Both the position numbers and the translations under genes were made by a program. This document shows positions 30,154 through 39,597 of a stretch of 64,000 nucleotides of DNA, in pieces; position 1 is the stretch's first letter, and every line of letters starts with the position of its first letter. Source of the stretch: Syntrophales bacterium (GTDB lineage Bacteria > Desulfobacterota > Syntrophia > Syntrophales > UBA2210). The notes under the pieces were generated by a model that saw nothing but the letters and a program-made list of their open reading frames with translations, was not told the origin of the DNA and ran no database searches. The DNA lies in contig CAXXNF010000002.1 in assembly GCA_963666365.2 (NCBI GenBank), forward strand, positions 1,888,001 through 1,952,000, given 5' to 3'.

Positions 30154-31505
30154 TTTGCCACCTCTCTGCCGTAATTATAGATGGGGTCCCTGTCAAGGTT
30201 GTAGTAGATAGGCGGTTTCAGTCCCGGCTTGTCGTCATAGGTACCGATCACTTTCTTTTTTTCGAGATCTTCCATTTCTTCTTCGGAAAGACCGAGAAAT
30301 TTTTTAAGCACAAGCCTGTTGTGATACCCGAGAGGCCGGGCCAGCCACTTCGTCCTCCCGGGAGTTTTGCTCAAACGGGCAGACGGACCGGCGAGGGCAA
30401 GTTCACCGTACATATCATCCTGAAAAAGGATGACACTGCCCCTCTCCCGCCGCCAGGAATCGTAACAGATCATTTTATCATCCATTACTTCGGCAGCGGC
30501 AAAACCTTTATCGCGGGCCAATGTTATAATTTCGCTGCAGGCTTTTGTCTTAATCCAGTCAGCGACTATGGCGCGCAAGGCCTCCGCATTCTCTTCCTTC
30601 AGGGCATTGAAATAGTCGGAAAACCTTTTATCTTCAAACAGATCAGGCTTTTCCATGGCATCACAGAGGCCCTGAAACTGCGTCTCCGTCGCGCAGGCCA
30701 ATCCCAGATATTTTCCGTCGCGGGTCTTGAAAATAGAAGCCGCTATCATTGCCGGGTCGTTGTGCCCCGTTCGTCCGAGACTTTCACCGGTAAGACTGTG
30801 ATAGGTAAAGTGCGGAAGCACCCGCATCATTGAATCCGTCTGAGAAAGGTCGAGATACTGTCCCTTGCCCGTCTTGTTGCGATAGTAGAGCGCCATGAGC
30901 AGCACCAAAGCGCCCATATTACCGGGCACGAAATCCCCGAGATAGTCCGGGAGCTTGAAGTGTTTATCGGTTCCCGGAAATCCATTGAGACTGAGAACGC
31001 CGCTTGCCGCTTGTGCAAGAAGATCCCATCCCGGGAAATACCGCATGGGGCCGTACTGTCCGTAAGTGGAACAGCTCAGGTATATAATATTCGGATTAAC
31101 CTCGCTGAGACGTGAATACCCAACTCCCCAGGCCTCCGCCGTTCCCGGCGCAAAGTTTTCGAGCACAATGTCCGACGACTTGGCCAGACGGTAAATCAGA
31201 TCCTTGGCTTCGGCACGCTTGAGATCGACCGATACGAAATACTTATTTTGCGTGACGAAATGCCATATCGGGTTCGAATGTTTCCAGTACCTCCCCCAGT
31301 AGGTGGCGGGCCGCCAGAGGTCGCCGTAAAAGGGAAGCTCCAGTTTGATAACTTCGGCGCCGTAATTACCCAAAATTCTCGACGCCGTGGGACCGAAAAT
31401 CACGTGGGTAAAATCGAGCACTCTGAGACCTTTCAGTGCCTCCGGCTTTTCGTTCACGCTGGATGGATCAAACAGTTTTGTCGTATAAGAAAAATAATCT
31501 TCCAT
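30150..31505 (-). CDS. Class III CoA-transferase (CaiB/BaiF family), subunit 1
   Basis: LKGLRVLDFT, GAEVIKLE, ENFAPG, YGQYGP, WDLLAQAASG. Confidence 0.94.
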   Translation of the reverse strand: MEDYFSYTTKLFDPSSVNEKPEALKGLRVLDFTHVIFGPTASRILGNYGAEVIKLELPFYGDLWRPATYWGRYWKHSNPIWHFVTQNKYFVSVDLKRAEAKDLIYRLAKSSDIVLENFAPGTAEAWGVGYSRLSEVNPNIIYLSCSTYGQYGPMRYFPGWDLLAQAASGVLSLNGFPGTDKHFKLPDYLGDFVPGNMGALVLLMALYYRNKTGKGQYLDLSQTDSMMRVLPHFTYHSLTGESLGRTGHNDPAMIAASIFKTRDGKYLGLACATETQFQGLCDAMEKPDLFEDKRFSDYFNALKEENAEALRAIVADWIKTKACSEIITLARDKGFAAAEVMDDKMICYDSWRRERGSVILFQDDMYGELALAGPSARLSKTPGRTKWLARPLGYHNRLVLKKFLGLSEEEMEDLEKKKVIGTYDDKPGLKPPIYYNLDRDPIYNYGREVAK

Positions 31506-31508
31506 AAT

Positions 31509-32213
31509 TTATCTCCCCAGGTATGCCTTTTTCACGAGATCGCTTTTCATGAGGTCCTCGGATTGCCCTTCCATTACGATTTTGCCGTCCTGAATCACGT
31601 ACCCTCTGTCTGCAAGCTGAAGGGCTCGTAGGGCGTTTTGTTCCGGCAGGAGAATCGTGATTCCCTGCTCCCGAAGCTTAGCCAGCGATTCAAAAAGGCT
31701 ATCCACAATCACCGGTGCGAGACCGACCGACGGCTCATCAACCATAATAAATCGCGGATGCGACATCAGCCCTCTTCCGATATTGAGCATCTGTTGCTCA
31801 CCCCCGGAAAGCAATCGAGATTCCTGGTTCGAGCGCGCCCTCAGAATGGGAAACAGATTCATCACCCACTCCATGGCTTCGCGCCTGTCTTTCCAGGCGT
31901 TGCCGGGATAGGCGCCGAGAAGGAGATTCTCCTTCACCGTGAGATAAGGAAATACCCTGTGTCCTTCGGGAATATGGATGACCCCCTCTTCGACAACCCT
32001 GTGCGGGGGTAAGCCGGTAATGTCCTTCCCATCAAAGACAATCCGACCGGATGTGGGTTTCATAACCCCCTGAACGGTGTTCAGGATCGTGCTCTTGCCT
32101 GCCCCGTTCGATCCCAGGAGGGTTACAATCTCGTCAGGCCTGATTTCAAAGCTGACGTCATGCAGGACGGCGAGCGTCCCGTAGGATGCGCACAGATTTT
32201 TTACTTCAAGCAT
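31509..32213 (-). CDS. livF: Liv-type ABC ATP-binding protein
   Basis: GSNGAGKST, LSGGEQQML, DEPSVGLAP. Confidence 0.92.
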   Translation of the reverse strand: MLEVKNLCASYGTLAVLHDVSFEIRPDEIVTLLGSNGAGKSTILNTVQGVMKPTSGRIVFDGKDITGLPPHRVVEEGVIHIPEGHRVFPYLTVKENLLLGAYPGNAWKDRREAMEWVMNLFPILRARSNQESRLLSGGEQQMLNIGRGLMSHPRFIMVDEPSVGLAPVIVDSLFESLAKLREQGITILLPEQNALRALQLADRGYVIQDGKIVMEGQSEDLMKSDLVKKAYLGR

Positions 32214-32952
32214 AATTCCTCCACCCCTTGCCTAAGTATGCCTCGATTACCGCATCGTTATTCACAACCTCATCGGGTGTTCCTTCCGCCATCATCTGCC
32301 CGTAGTGAATGGCTATGATCCGCTCCGCCGCTTCGACAAGCACCGCCATGACATGCTCTATCCAGAAGATCGTAAGACCGAACTGCTGCTTGGCCTTCAT
32401 GACCATGCTGACTGCCCTGCTGGCCTCTCCCGGATTAAGTCCCGCCATAACCTCGTCGATAAAAAGGAGTTTCGGCGTTGTCGCCAGGGCCCGGGCGAGT
32501 TCGAGCATGCGCAATTCGTAAAATGTCAGATCCCGGGCCAGAATATTTCTCTTACTGAAAAGACCGACAAATTCCAGATAATGGGTCGCCTCTCCCGCCG
32601 CATCTTCAAAGCTCTGATTTACCCGTTCCTTGCCGCACAAGACAGCCGTAATCACGCTCATGAGCGCTGTCAATTCCGGAAAAGGCCGCGGGATCTGATA
32701 GGTGCGCGCAAGGCCGAGGCGGGCTCGCTCGTAGGGCTTCTTCCGGGTGATGTCCTTTCCGGCCATGACAATTTTTCCGGCATCGGCCATGAGATAGCCG
32801 CTCATGACATTGACCATGGTGGATTTTCCGGCGCCGTTGGGACCGATGAATCCCAGTGTTTCCCCTTCCCGTATCTCGAAGCTTACATCATCGATCGCCG
32901 TAAGACCGCCGAACCGCTTGGTTATATTTGATACTTGCAAAAGTGCCGCCAT
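32206..32952 (-). CDS. livG: Liv-type ABC ATP-binding protein
   Basis: KRFGGL, GPNGAGKST, LARTYQ, VIEAYLG. Confidence 0.92.
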   Translation of the reverse strand: MAALLQVSNITKRFGGLTAIDDVSFEIREGETLGFIGPNGAGKSTMVNVMSGYLMADAGKIVMAGKDITRKKPYERARLGLARTYQIPRPFPELTALMSVITAVLCGKERVNQSFEDAAGEATHYLEFVGLFSKRNILARDLTFYELRMLELARALATTPKLLFIDEVMAGLNPGEASRAVSMVMKAKQQFGLTIFWIEHVMAVLVEAAERIIAIHYGQMMAEGTPDEVVNNDAVIEAYLGKGWRNYA

Positions 32953-32957
32953 CGTCC

Positions 32958-34004
32958 CTACCTCCGCACGTGAATGGTTGGCATGTACTCCCGGTAGTGC
33001 CGCCTGCGATACAGGCCGAAAAGTCCCTCTCCCCTCGGGAGGATAAAGAGGAGTATCAGAAGTATGATCGGGAATGCAACCGGTTGGAACTGCCCCATCG
33101 TCCTGATGAGAATCATTTCAAGAAAGGCGACGAAATACCCGCCGACGACGCACCCGAACACCTGCGATCGTCCTCCTACCATGAAGACCAGCAGAATCTT
33201 AAGCATGTAGGTCATGGGCAGGTAGGTAATGCCGGCAAAGGTACCGAAATAGTGTGCCAGAAACCACCCCATAACACCAATCATCCCTGCGGCACCCACA
33301 AAGGTGAGGATCTTTACCTTACTGATGTTGACCCCAATGCCGTGGGCCACTTCCTCGTCGTCGTTCACCGTCGCCATGATCAAACCATAGCGAGATTTCA
33401 GAACCTTGTTGACAATCAGGAGATAGAGCAGCATGATCCCGGCCGATATGTAGGCGGCAGCGAGAAAATTGATTTTCGCATTGTCAAAGTTGACCAGCAG
33501 CTGGATCCCGAAAAGCCCCACATCACCCTTAAAAATTCCCGTATAGATGAAGGTTACTTCAAGAAATACGAGAGGGAGGAGGAGTGTCAACAGTACATAA
33601 TAAAGACCGCGCGCCATAATCACCAGGGGACTGAAAATTACGGCGGCAAATACCGATACAATAATCGCAAAGGGAAGCGTTGCCAGAGGCCCCCAGCCAA
33701 GATAGATACTTAAAAGGGCGGCAACATAGCCCCCCACGCCGACATAAAAATTGGGTCCGAAGTTGATTCGCCCGGTTCCGACAGTCATCAGGGCCAATGG
33801 TATGGCGATAGCCGCATAAATATTTGCCGATACCATTGTATTCACAAGACCGGGGCTCAAGAAATAGGCGAAGAGAGGAAAAAGAAGTAACGCGATGGTC
33901 CAGTATATGGTGTTCCGCCAGTACCGGGGTTCAAGCATCCAGTCCCACTTCTTCCCCTTATATCGAATAACAATCCGATCTCTCTTAATCTCAACGTCTA
34001 CCAT
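32958..34004 (-). CDS. livM: Liv-type ABC permease
   Basis: Multi-TM protein with TGRINFG, RGLYYVLLTL, SRYGL; operon position. Confidence 0.85.
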   Translation of the reverse strand: MVDVEIKRDRIVIRYKGKKWDWMLEPRYWRNTIYWTIALLLFPLFAYFLSPGLVNTMVSANIYAAIAIPLALMTVGTGRINFGPNFYVGVGGYVAALLSIYLGWGPLATLPFAIIVSVFAAVIFSPLVIMARGLYYVLLTLLLPLVFLEVTFIYTGIFKGDVGLFGIQLLVNFDNAKINFLAAAYISAGIMLLYLLIVNKVLKSRYGLIMATVNDDEEVAHGIGVNISKVKILTFVGAAGMIGVMGWFLAHYFGTFAGITYLPMTYMLKILLVFMVGGRSQVFGCVVGGYFVAFLEMILIRTMGQFQPVAFPIILLILLFILPRGEGLFGLYRRRHYREYMPTIHVRR

Positions 34005-34873
34005 AACGATTCACTCCTCGCGATTCCTTGGGGTCGTATCACCAAGATCACCATTACCAGGATCAGGGCCGACAGGTTCATGAATCTCGGTTCACCTACG
34101 ACAAAGCACATAATTGCGTGGGTGATGCCGATGAGAAAACTTGCGATTATAGTACCTCTGATATTTCCGAGACCTCCCAGCACGGCTATCAAAATGGCAA
34201 TCGTCATATACTGCCATCCCATAGCCGGCTCGACGGTCCAGACGGGGACAACCAGCAGCATGCCCACAATAACGGGGATGAGCACCAACATCATCGTCAG
34301 GGTATAGAGTTTCTCCACATTGAGACCGACAACACGGGAGCTTAAAATATCCTGAGAAAGGGCCCTGACGGCAAGCCCTGCTTTAGTTTTGATGAAAAAG
34401 AGGGCGAAAAGACCGGTCATCACAAGTGCAACGATGGATCCGATAATCAGCTGTTTTGAAATGGTGGCAGGACCGATCTCCCAGATTCCTTCAAGTATTG
34501 TCGTATCGAGATATACTCCTTCCTGGATGGGGTATCGCCAGGATGTCGCCTGTTCCACAATAAGGGCGACAAGAAGAAGGGCCGTCAGGAGCGTCATTTC
34601 ATCGTCCAGATACTTTCTGACCAGAAACGTGTAGATAAGATAGGACACAATGAATTGTAAAATCACCATCCCGATGATGGCAGGAACCAGGCTAAATCCG
34701 AACTCCCTCATGAAGAACCAGGTACCGTAGACGGTAAGAGGAAAAAGGTAGGCATAGCCGAGATGAAAAATTCTGAGAACACCGCAAATAAGAGAAAATC
34801 CGAGCGCCACAAGCAGATAGATGGCGCCCATTACAAAACCAAAAATGAGAATGAACAAGACCGTGTCAATCAT
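33998..34873 (-). CDS. livH: Liv-type ABC permease
   Basis: YLLVALGFSLICG, GLAVRALSQ, VLGGLGNI, RPQGI. Confidence 0.88.
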   Translation of the reverse strand: MIDTVLFILIFGFVMGAIYLLVALGFSLICGVLRIFHLGYAYLFPLTVYGTWFFMREFGFSLVPAIIGMVILQFIVSYLIYTFLVRKYLDDEMTLLTALLLVALIVEQATSWRYPIQEGVYLDTTILEGIWEIGPATISKQLIIGSIVALVMTGLFALFFIKTKAGLAVRALSQDILSSRVVGLNVEKLYTLTMMLVLIPVIVGMLLVVPVWTVEPAMGWQYMTIAILIAVLGGLGNIRGTIIASFLIGITHAIMCFVVGEPRFMNLSALILVMVILVIRPQGIARSESLW

Positions 34874-35089
34874 TAAGCCCCAACTCCTTTCTGGAGGTAT
34901 TCTATTAACCCATCAAGGCCTAATCAGACCGCTCTTTTGCGGCACGCATGACTGATTACGCCCCGGGCACATCGCCATGTCCTGTTTCGTTACGCTCTAT
35001 ACTGCGCCATATCAGAAATTCCGGTTATGCTGTTTCGGTTATTATGTGATGTTGGATCTTTGGAGGTAGGCTCACCTTGAATTGCTTCA

Positions 35090-35158
35090 CAATTCAGACT
35101 TGCCAATGCCAACCCATTGTGGATTCAATGTATAGCAAGTCTTGAATTGATGTGTCAA
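35090..35158 (-). promoter_or_regulatory. Candidate promoter and inverted repeat upstream of the liv/CoA-transferase operon
   Basis: Minus strand reads TTGACA-18 bp-TATACA with TG extension. Inverted repeat CAATTCAGACTTGC (35090-35103) / GCAAGTCTTGAATTG (35135-35149) with one bulge. Confidence 0.5.
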
Positions 35159-35351
35159 GAAAAAATATAGAAAACACCAGAGACGATTCTATCAGCTTTT
35201 AAAATACTACAGACACAAGCGCAACCGGCAAATGCATGAGTTGCGGGTTCTCTTCACCTTATATTATGCTAAGGTTTTGGATGATGCGATATAGGGTATT
35301 TCTCCGGCCGGAGAACGTTCATATACTGTGTACTGGGAATATCCACCCGCA

Positions 35352-36008
35352 TTACGTTTCCAGGGAGGTCAGACCCTCGCGAATGGCATACTTCACCAGC
35401 TCCGATATGCTGTGGATGTTCAACTTCTCCATGATGTTCCGACGGTGGGTCTCCACCGTCTTCACGCTTACGTTCAGATGAAAGGCGATCTCCTTCGTCG
35501 TCATCCCCTCAGCCAAAACCTGCAGCACTTCACGCTCACGCTGCGTCAAATTAGTAAACACCGACGACTCCGTCCGGGGACTCTTCCCTATGTAGCGATT
35601 CACCACGATGCCCGCAATCTTCGGACTCAGGTACGTCTGATGGGACACCACTGAACGAATCGCACGCACAAGCTCCTCAAAGGCACAGTCCTTCAAAAGA
35701 TACCCCGAGGCGCCCGCCTCAAGCATCCCCGATACGAACCGACGATCCGAATACATCGACAGTGCAATTACCTTCACCCGAGGATTCTCGTGAATGATTA
35801 CACGGGTGGCGTCGATCCCGTTCATGTCGGGCATCGCAATGTCCATGATCACGACATCCGGCGAAAGATCCTGCGCCAAACGAACCGCACTGCGTCCGTC
35901 CTCAGCCTCCGCTACCACCTCCATCCCCGTCTCGCTGTCGATCAGCGTCCGAAGCCCGTCTCTCACTATCTTGTGATCATCCGCCAACAGTATCTTTACG
36001 TTACTCAT
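35352..36008 (-). CDS. NarL/LuxR-family response regulator (copy 2, identical to copy 1)
   Basis: Translation identical to 472-1128. Confidence 0.95.
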   Translation of the reverse strand: MSNVKILLADDHKIVRDGLRTLIDSETGMEVVAEAEDGRSAVRLAQDLSPDVVIMDIAMPDMNGIDATRVIIHENPRVKVIALSMYSDRRFVSGMLEAGASGYLLKDCAFEELVRAIRSVVSHQTYLSPKIAGIVVNRYIGKSPRTESSVFTNLTQREREVLQVLAEGMTTKEIAFHLNVSVKTVETHRRNIMEKLNIHSISELVKYAIREGLTSLET

Positions 36009-36749
36009 CGCCCTTTCCCCTCTTGTCACGACGCCTCGATTCCGGGTGCATCTCCATCCGAACACGCGTACCCTTCCCCGGCGCCGACGTAATCTTAAAT
36101 CGCCCGCCCAAATAGTTCAAACGCTCACCGATACTGAACAACCCGAATCCCTGAGTCCAGTCCGTCGGAGATTTGATCTTCCGCACGTCAAAACCGATCC
36201 CGTCATCCTCAACCCCTACTGCAACATTCCTACCATTTTTCTTCACCCAAACCAAGACATGTTTCGCCTTAGCGTGCTTCGTCACATTCACCAAAAGCTC
36301 CTGAACACACCGAAACAGCACAAAGGCTCGGTCCTTGTCCAAACTCTCCTTGCCCGTCCCTCGCTTCTTGAAGGCAATGGTCAACCCGTATTTCTCCTGG
36401 TACTGCTCCGTCAACCACTCCAAGGCCGCCTCCAAACCCAGTATGTACAGCACCGGAGGACTCAAATCGAAGGTCAGCGATCGCGTGTCGCGGATCAGCT
36501 GGTCCAGCAACTGCACAATCTCTTCCAATGAACCCGAATGAGCCGTCGCCGACGTCTCCTTCTGAAGCGCCTCCACCTTCATCTTTGCCACCGCCATCGT
36601 CTGACCGATGCGGTCGTGAAGCTCCGTCGCCAACTGCTGACGCTCACGCTCTTCCGTACGCGTCAACTCCGATGATAAAAACCGCAGCTTCTCATAGTTC
36701 TCCGACAACTTCTGCTCCGCTTCCTTCGCCTCCGTCACATCCTGACCGA
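35352..36749. repeat. 1398-bp direct repeat, copy B (matches 472-1869)
   Basis: As for copy A. Identity starts at the regulator stop codon and ends at the GQDVTE junction of the last PAS domain. Confidence 0.92.
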
Positions 36750-38262
36750 GAAGAAGCAAACCCAGCAGATCGCCCTCGCTGTCGCGAAGCGTCTTGTTGG
36801 ACCAGCTTATCAGACGCTTTGAACCACTACGGGCAATAATGGTATTGACCGCTTCACCTTTCGCCGGCATATCGTTAAGGGCAGCGCGAAAACTTTCTGT
36901 TGTCGAGGTCCATTCATTTTTTGGAATGAAATGCTTCATCCAGCCCTCACCCCGCATTTCCTCCAGCGGGTAGCCCACCAGTTCTTCCGTGTAGGGATTG
37001 TAGCGGACAATCCGCCCCCGGGTATCCAGGACCAGGACTACTGCCTGGGCCGTCTCGATCAGACTTTCGGCAAAATCGCGCTCCCTGACCAGGGCCAACT
37101 CCGCCTTTCGGCGCTCGGAAATGTTTTCGTATACCGCTACTGCCTTGCGGCTTCGCAGACTCGGCCCCAGTTTCGATGCGGTAAGGGTACAGAGATTTTC
37201 TTGGCCGTTGCGGTCAACGCACCAGATTTCGTCAAACCGTATCTTCCTTTTACTCGGGTCTTCATAAAAAGCCAGTCCCGTTTCTTCGTACTCGAGATCG
37301 CTTCGGTAAAATATTCGGCTGCTCTTACCGATAAGCTCTTCCGGTTTCCAGCCGAAGACCTGATACACGGCGTTGTTCGCAAAAATGATCCGCCTGTTTT
37401 CAAGACCTATCACGGCATGGGGAATCGTTTCAAGAATCGATGACTCAAGGGCCTCAAGCTCCTCCAGCCTTTCCCTCGCCTCGCGAAGCTCAGTCACATC
37501 CATTGCGTTTCCCAAAACTGCCCGGCGCCCGTCATAGTATATGGACGACACCACTCCCATGAGACGTCGCGCCTCTCCGTTCCTTGTAATGATTCTAAAT
37601 TCATAGGGTGAGGTGACTGCTCCCTGAAGCATCTTCTTTGCATGATCGCGGACCCTGCTTCGATCCCCGGGATGCACCATGAGGAGTCCATCCTTGCCGA
37701 TAACTTCGGTCCGTTGATACCCCGAATATGCCTCTACCATGGCGTTCACAAAGCAGATCTTTCCATCTTTGACGATGTACACACCCGTCTGCATCTTGTC
37801 GGTAAGGATCCGATAGAGTTCTTCCGCTCTTTTGCGCTCCGTAATATCCCTGAAAGAGGCAATTCGAATCGTCTTTTTCTCAAAGCTGACATTTTTCCCC
37901 TGAACCTCCATGGGAAATGATGATCCGTCTTTTTTCAAGGCGCGCACTTCGTAGGGTTTTTCATAGCCTTCCTCTACAAGCGTTGCCATCATATCGCGAT
38001 ATTCCGGTGCTATCAAACTTTCAACACTCATATTAATCAGTTCGTGGGGGGCATACCCCGTAATATCCGACAACACTTTGTTGGCATCGATGAGCCGACC
38101 GTCCATATGGACGCAAATACCCTCAAAGGAAGCAAAGTGAAATCTATTATAGACATCACCGCCACTCAATACCGCTCCCCAGGACCGATCGACGGCAGAG
38201 GCCGAGGATTCCAACGCATCGTTTTTCAGTTTCATATCAAGTTCTTCAGGCTTTCGAGCCAT
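36001..38262 (-). CDS. Soluble multi-PAS sensor histidine kinase, HisKA_3 type (copy 2)
   Basis: Same architecture as copy 1 with identical kinase core and diverged PAS domains. GAGGAGG RBS. Confidence 0.93.
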   Translation of the reverse strand: MARKPEELDMKLKNDALESSASAVDRSWGAVLSGGDVYNRFHFASFEGICVHMDGRLIDANKVLSDITGYAPHELINMSVESLIAPEYRDMMATLVEEGYEKPYEVRALKKDGSSFPMEVQGKNVSFEKKTIRIASFRDITERKRAEELYRILTDKMQTGVYIVKDGKICFVNAMVEAYSGYQRTEVIGKDGLLMVHPGDRSRVRDHAKKMLQGAVTSPYEFRIITRNGEARRLMGVVSSIYYDGRRAVLGNAMDVTELREARERLEELEALESSILETIPHAVIGLENRRIIFANNAVYQVFGWKPEELIGKSSRIFYRSDLEYEETGLAFYEDPSKRKIRFDEIWCVDRNGQENLCTLTASKLGPSLRSRKAVAVYENISERRKAELALVRERDFAESLIETAQAVVLVLDTRGRIVRYNPYTEELVGYPLEEMRGEGWMKHFIPKNEWTSTTESFRAALNDMPAKGEAVNTIIARSGSKRLISWSNKTLRDSEGDLLGLLLLGQDVTEAKEAEQKLSENYEKLRFLSSELTRTEERERQQLATELHDRIGQTMAVAKMKVEALQKETSATAHSGSLEEIVQLLDQLIRDTRSLTFDLSPPVLYILGLEAALEWLTEQYQEKYGLTIAFKKRGTGKESLDKDRAFVLFRCVQELLVNVTKHAKAKHVLVWVKKNGRNVAVGVEDDGIGFDVRKIKSPTDWTQGFGLFSIGERLNYLGGRFKITSAPGKGTRVRMEMHPESRRRDKRGKGDE

Positions 38263-38559
38263 TAATGATCCTCCTCGCTGTCCTGTGTAACGGCCGTACT
38301 ATATCCTGATCATTACGAAACATCAAGAGGCAGACTGAACGGACGCCTTCAGGACTTTTTTCTTTACATGGAGAACCCGTTATTATATGAGATATCAGGC
38401 ATTTCAACGTATAGAATCATCCATAACCCTATTGTCGGATACCGCCGGGCAGGGTAACGGCATATCTGACATATTTACAGTCATGATCTTTCGAAAGGAA
38501 GACAACCGGGACACACCCCGATTAGAAGGCCAATAACCCAGAAGAGAGGAGAGGTATTG

Positions 38560-39468
38560 ATGTCAAAAATTGACTTTACAGGAAGAGTAGCAATTGTTAC
38601 CGGCGCCGGCGGCGGCATCGGAAGGAATCATGCCATTGAACTGGCAAAACGGGGCGCAAAAGTGGTGGTAAATGACATGGGAGGCGCCAGAGATGGAGTG
38701 GGGAGCGATGCCTCCGCGGCAAAAATGGTAGTCGACGAAATCAAGGCTGCTGGCGGCGAGGCCGTTCCAAACTACGACAATGTCGCCACTGCCGAAGGCG
38801 GTGAAAATATCGTCAAAACAGCCATCGACGCCTACGGAAAGGTCGATATTCTCGTGAATAATGCCGGCATATTGCGAGACAAGACTTTCAACAAGATGGA
38901 TCCGGAAAACTGGGATGCCGTTATAAATGTGCATCTGAGAGGGGCCTACTGCGTCACGAAGCCGGCGTTCCTGAATATGCGTGAAAACGGCTACGGCAGA
39001 ATCGTCATGACTTCATCCGTCGCCGGCGTGCTGGGAAACTTCGGGCAATCCAATTACGGGGCCGCCAAGATGGGGCTTATAGGTCTGACTCATGTGCTGA
39101 AACAGGAAGGGGAGAAATACGGGATCAAAGTAAATGTGCTCGTTCCCAATGCGGCCACACGGATGACCGAAGACGTGCTTCCCCCGGAGATATTTAAAAT
39201 GTTCAAGGTGGAACTCGTCAGCCCGCCAGTGCTTTATATGTGTTCCGAAGAATGTACTGATAGCGGTATGATCATTCATAATGTCGCTAATTATTACTCT
39301 CGTTTCGCCATCGTTATGGGACCGGGCATGGTCCTGGGCAGCGCCGATGCGATGCCCACACCGGAGGATATCAGGGATAACTGGGGTAAAATCTCGAACC
39401 TGGAAAATGCCCAGTATTTCGGGGGCGTGAACGATCTCTTTGCAAAATTGGGCTCGCTCTTTTCATAA
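38560..39468 (+). CDS. SDR oxidoreductase, MFE-2-like 3-hydroxyacyl-CoA dehydrogenase
   Basis: TGAGGGIG, VVVNDMGG, NNAGILRD, GNFGQSNYGAAK. Confidence 0.92.
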   Translation: MSKIDFTGRVAIVTGAGGGIGRNHAIELAKRGAKVVVNDMGGARDGVGSDASAAKMVVDEIKAAGGEAVPNYDNVATAEGGENIVKTAIDAYGKVDILVNNAGILRDKTFNKMDPENWDAVINVHLRGAYCVTKPAFLNMRENGYGRIVMTSSVAGVLGNFGQSNYGAAKMGLIGLTHVLKQEGEKYGIKVNVLVPNAATRMTEDVLPPEIFKMFKVELVSPPVLYMCSEECTDSGMIIHNVANYYSRFAIVMGPGMVLGSADAMPTPEDIRDNWGKISNLENAQYFGGVNDLFAKLGSLFS

Positions 39469-39476
39469 CATCCTTC

Positions 39477-39513
39477 GGACTGTCGGCCGGGCCATTCGCC
39501 CGGTTGACAGTCC
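39477..39513 (+). terminator. 16-bp hairpin just after the SDR stop codon
   Basis: GGACTGTCGGCCGGGC-cattc-GCCCGGTTGACAGTCC with two G-U pairs on the plus strand. No U-tract. Confidence 0.6.
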
Positions 39514-39597
39514 TCATGGCCCCATTCTCGACGTGACGGCGGGAAACCTTCCAGTTCACCTTGTCATGGCTCACTGAAAGGAAACTGCCAAACGGCA

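Noticed and set aside
1121..38262. Diversity-generating retroelement explaining the kinase variation
   Set aside because: No reverse transcriptase in the window, and the differences are not adenine-specific.
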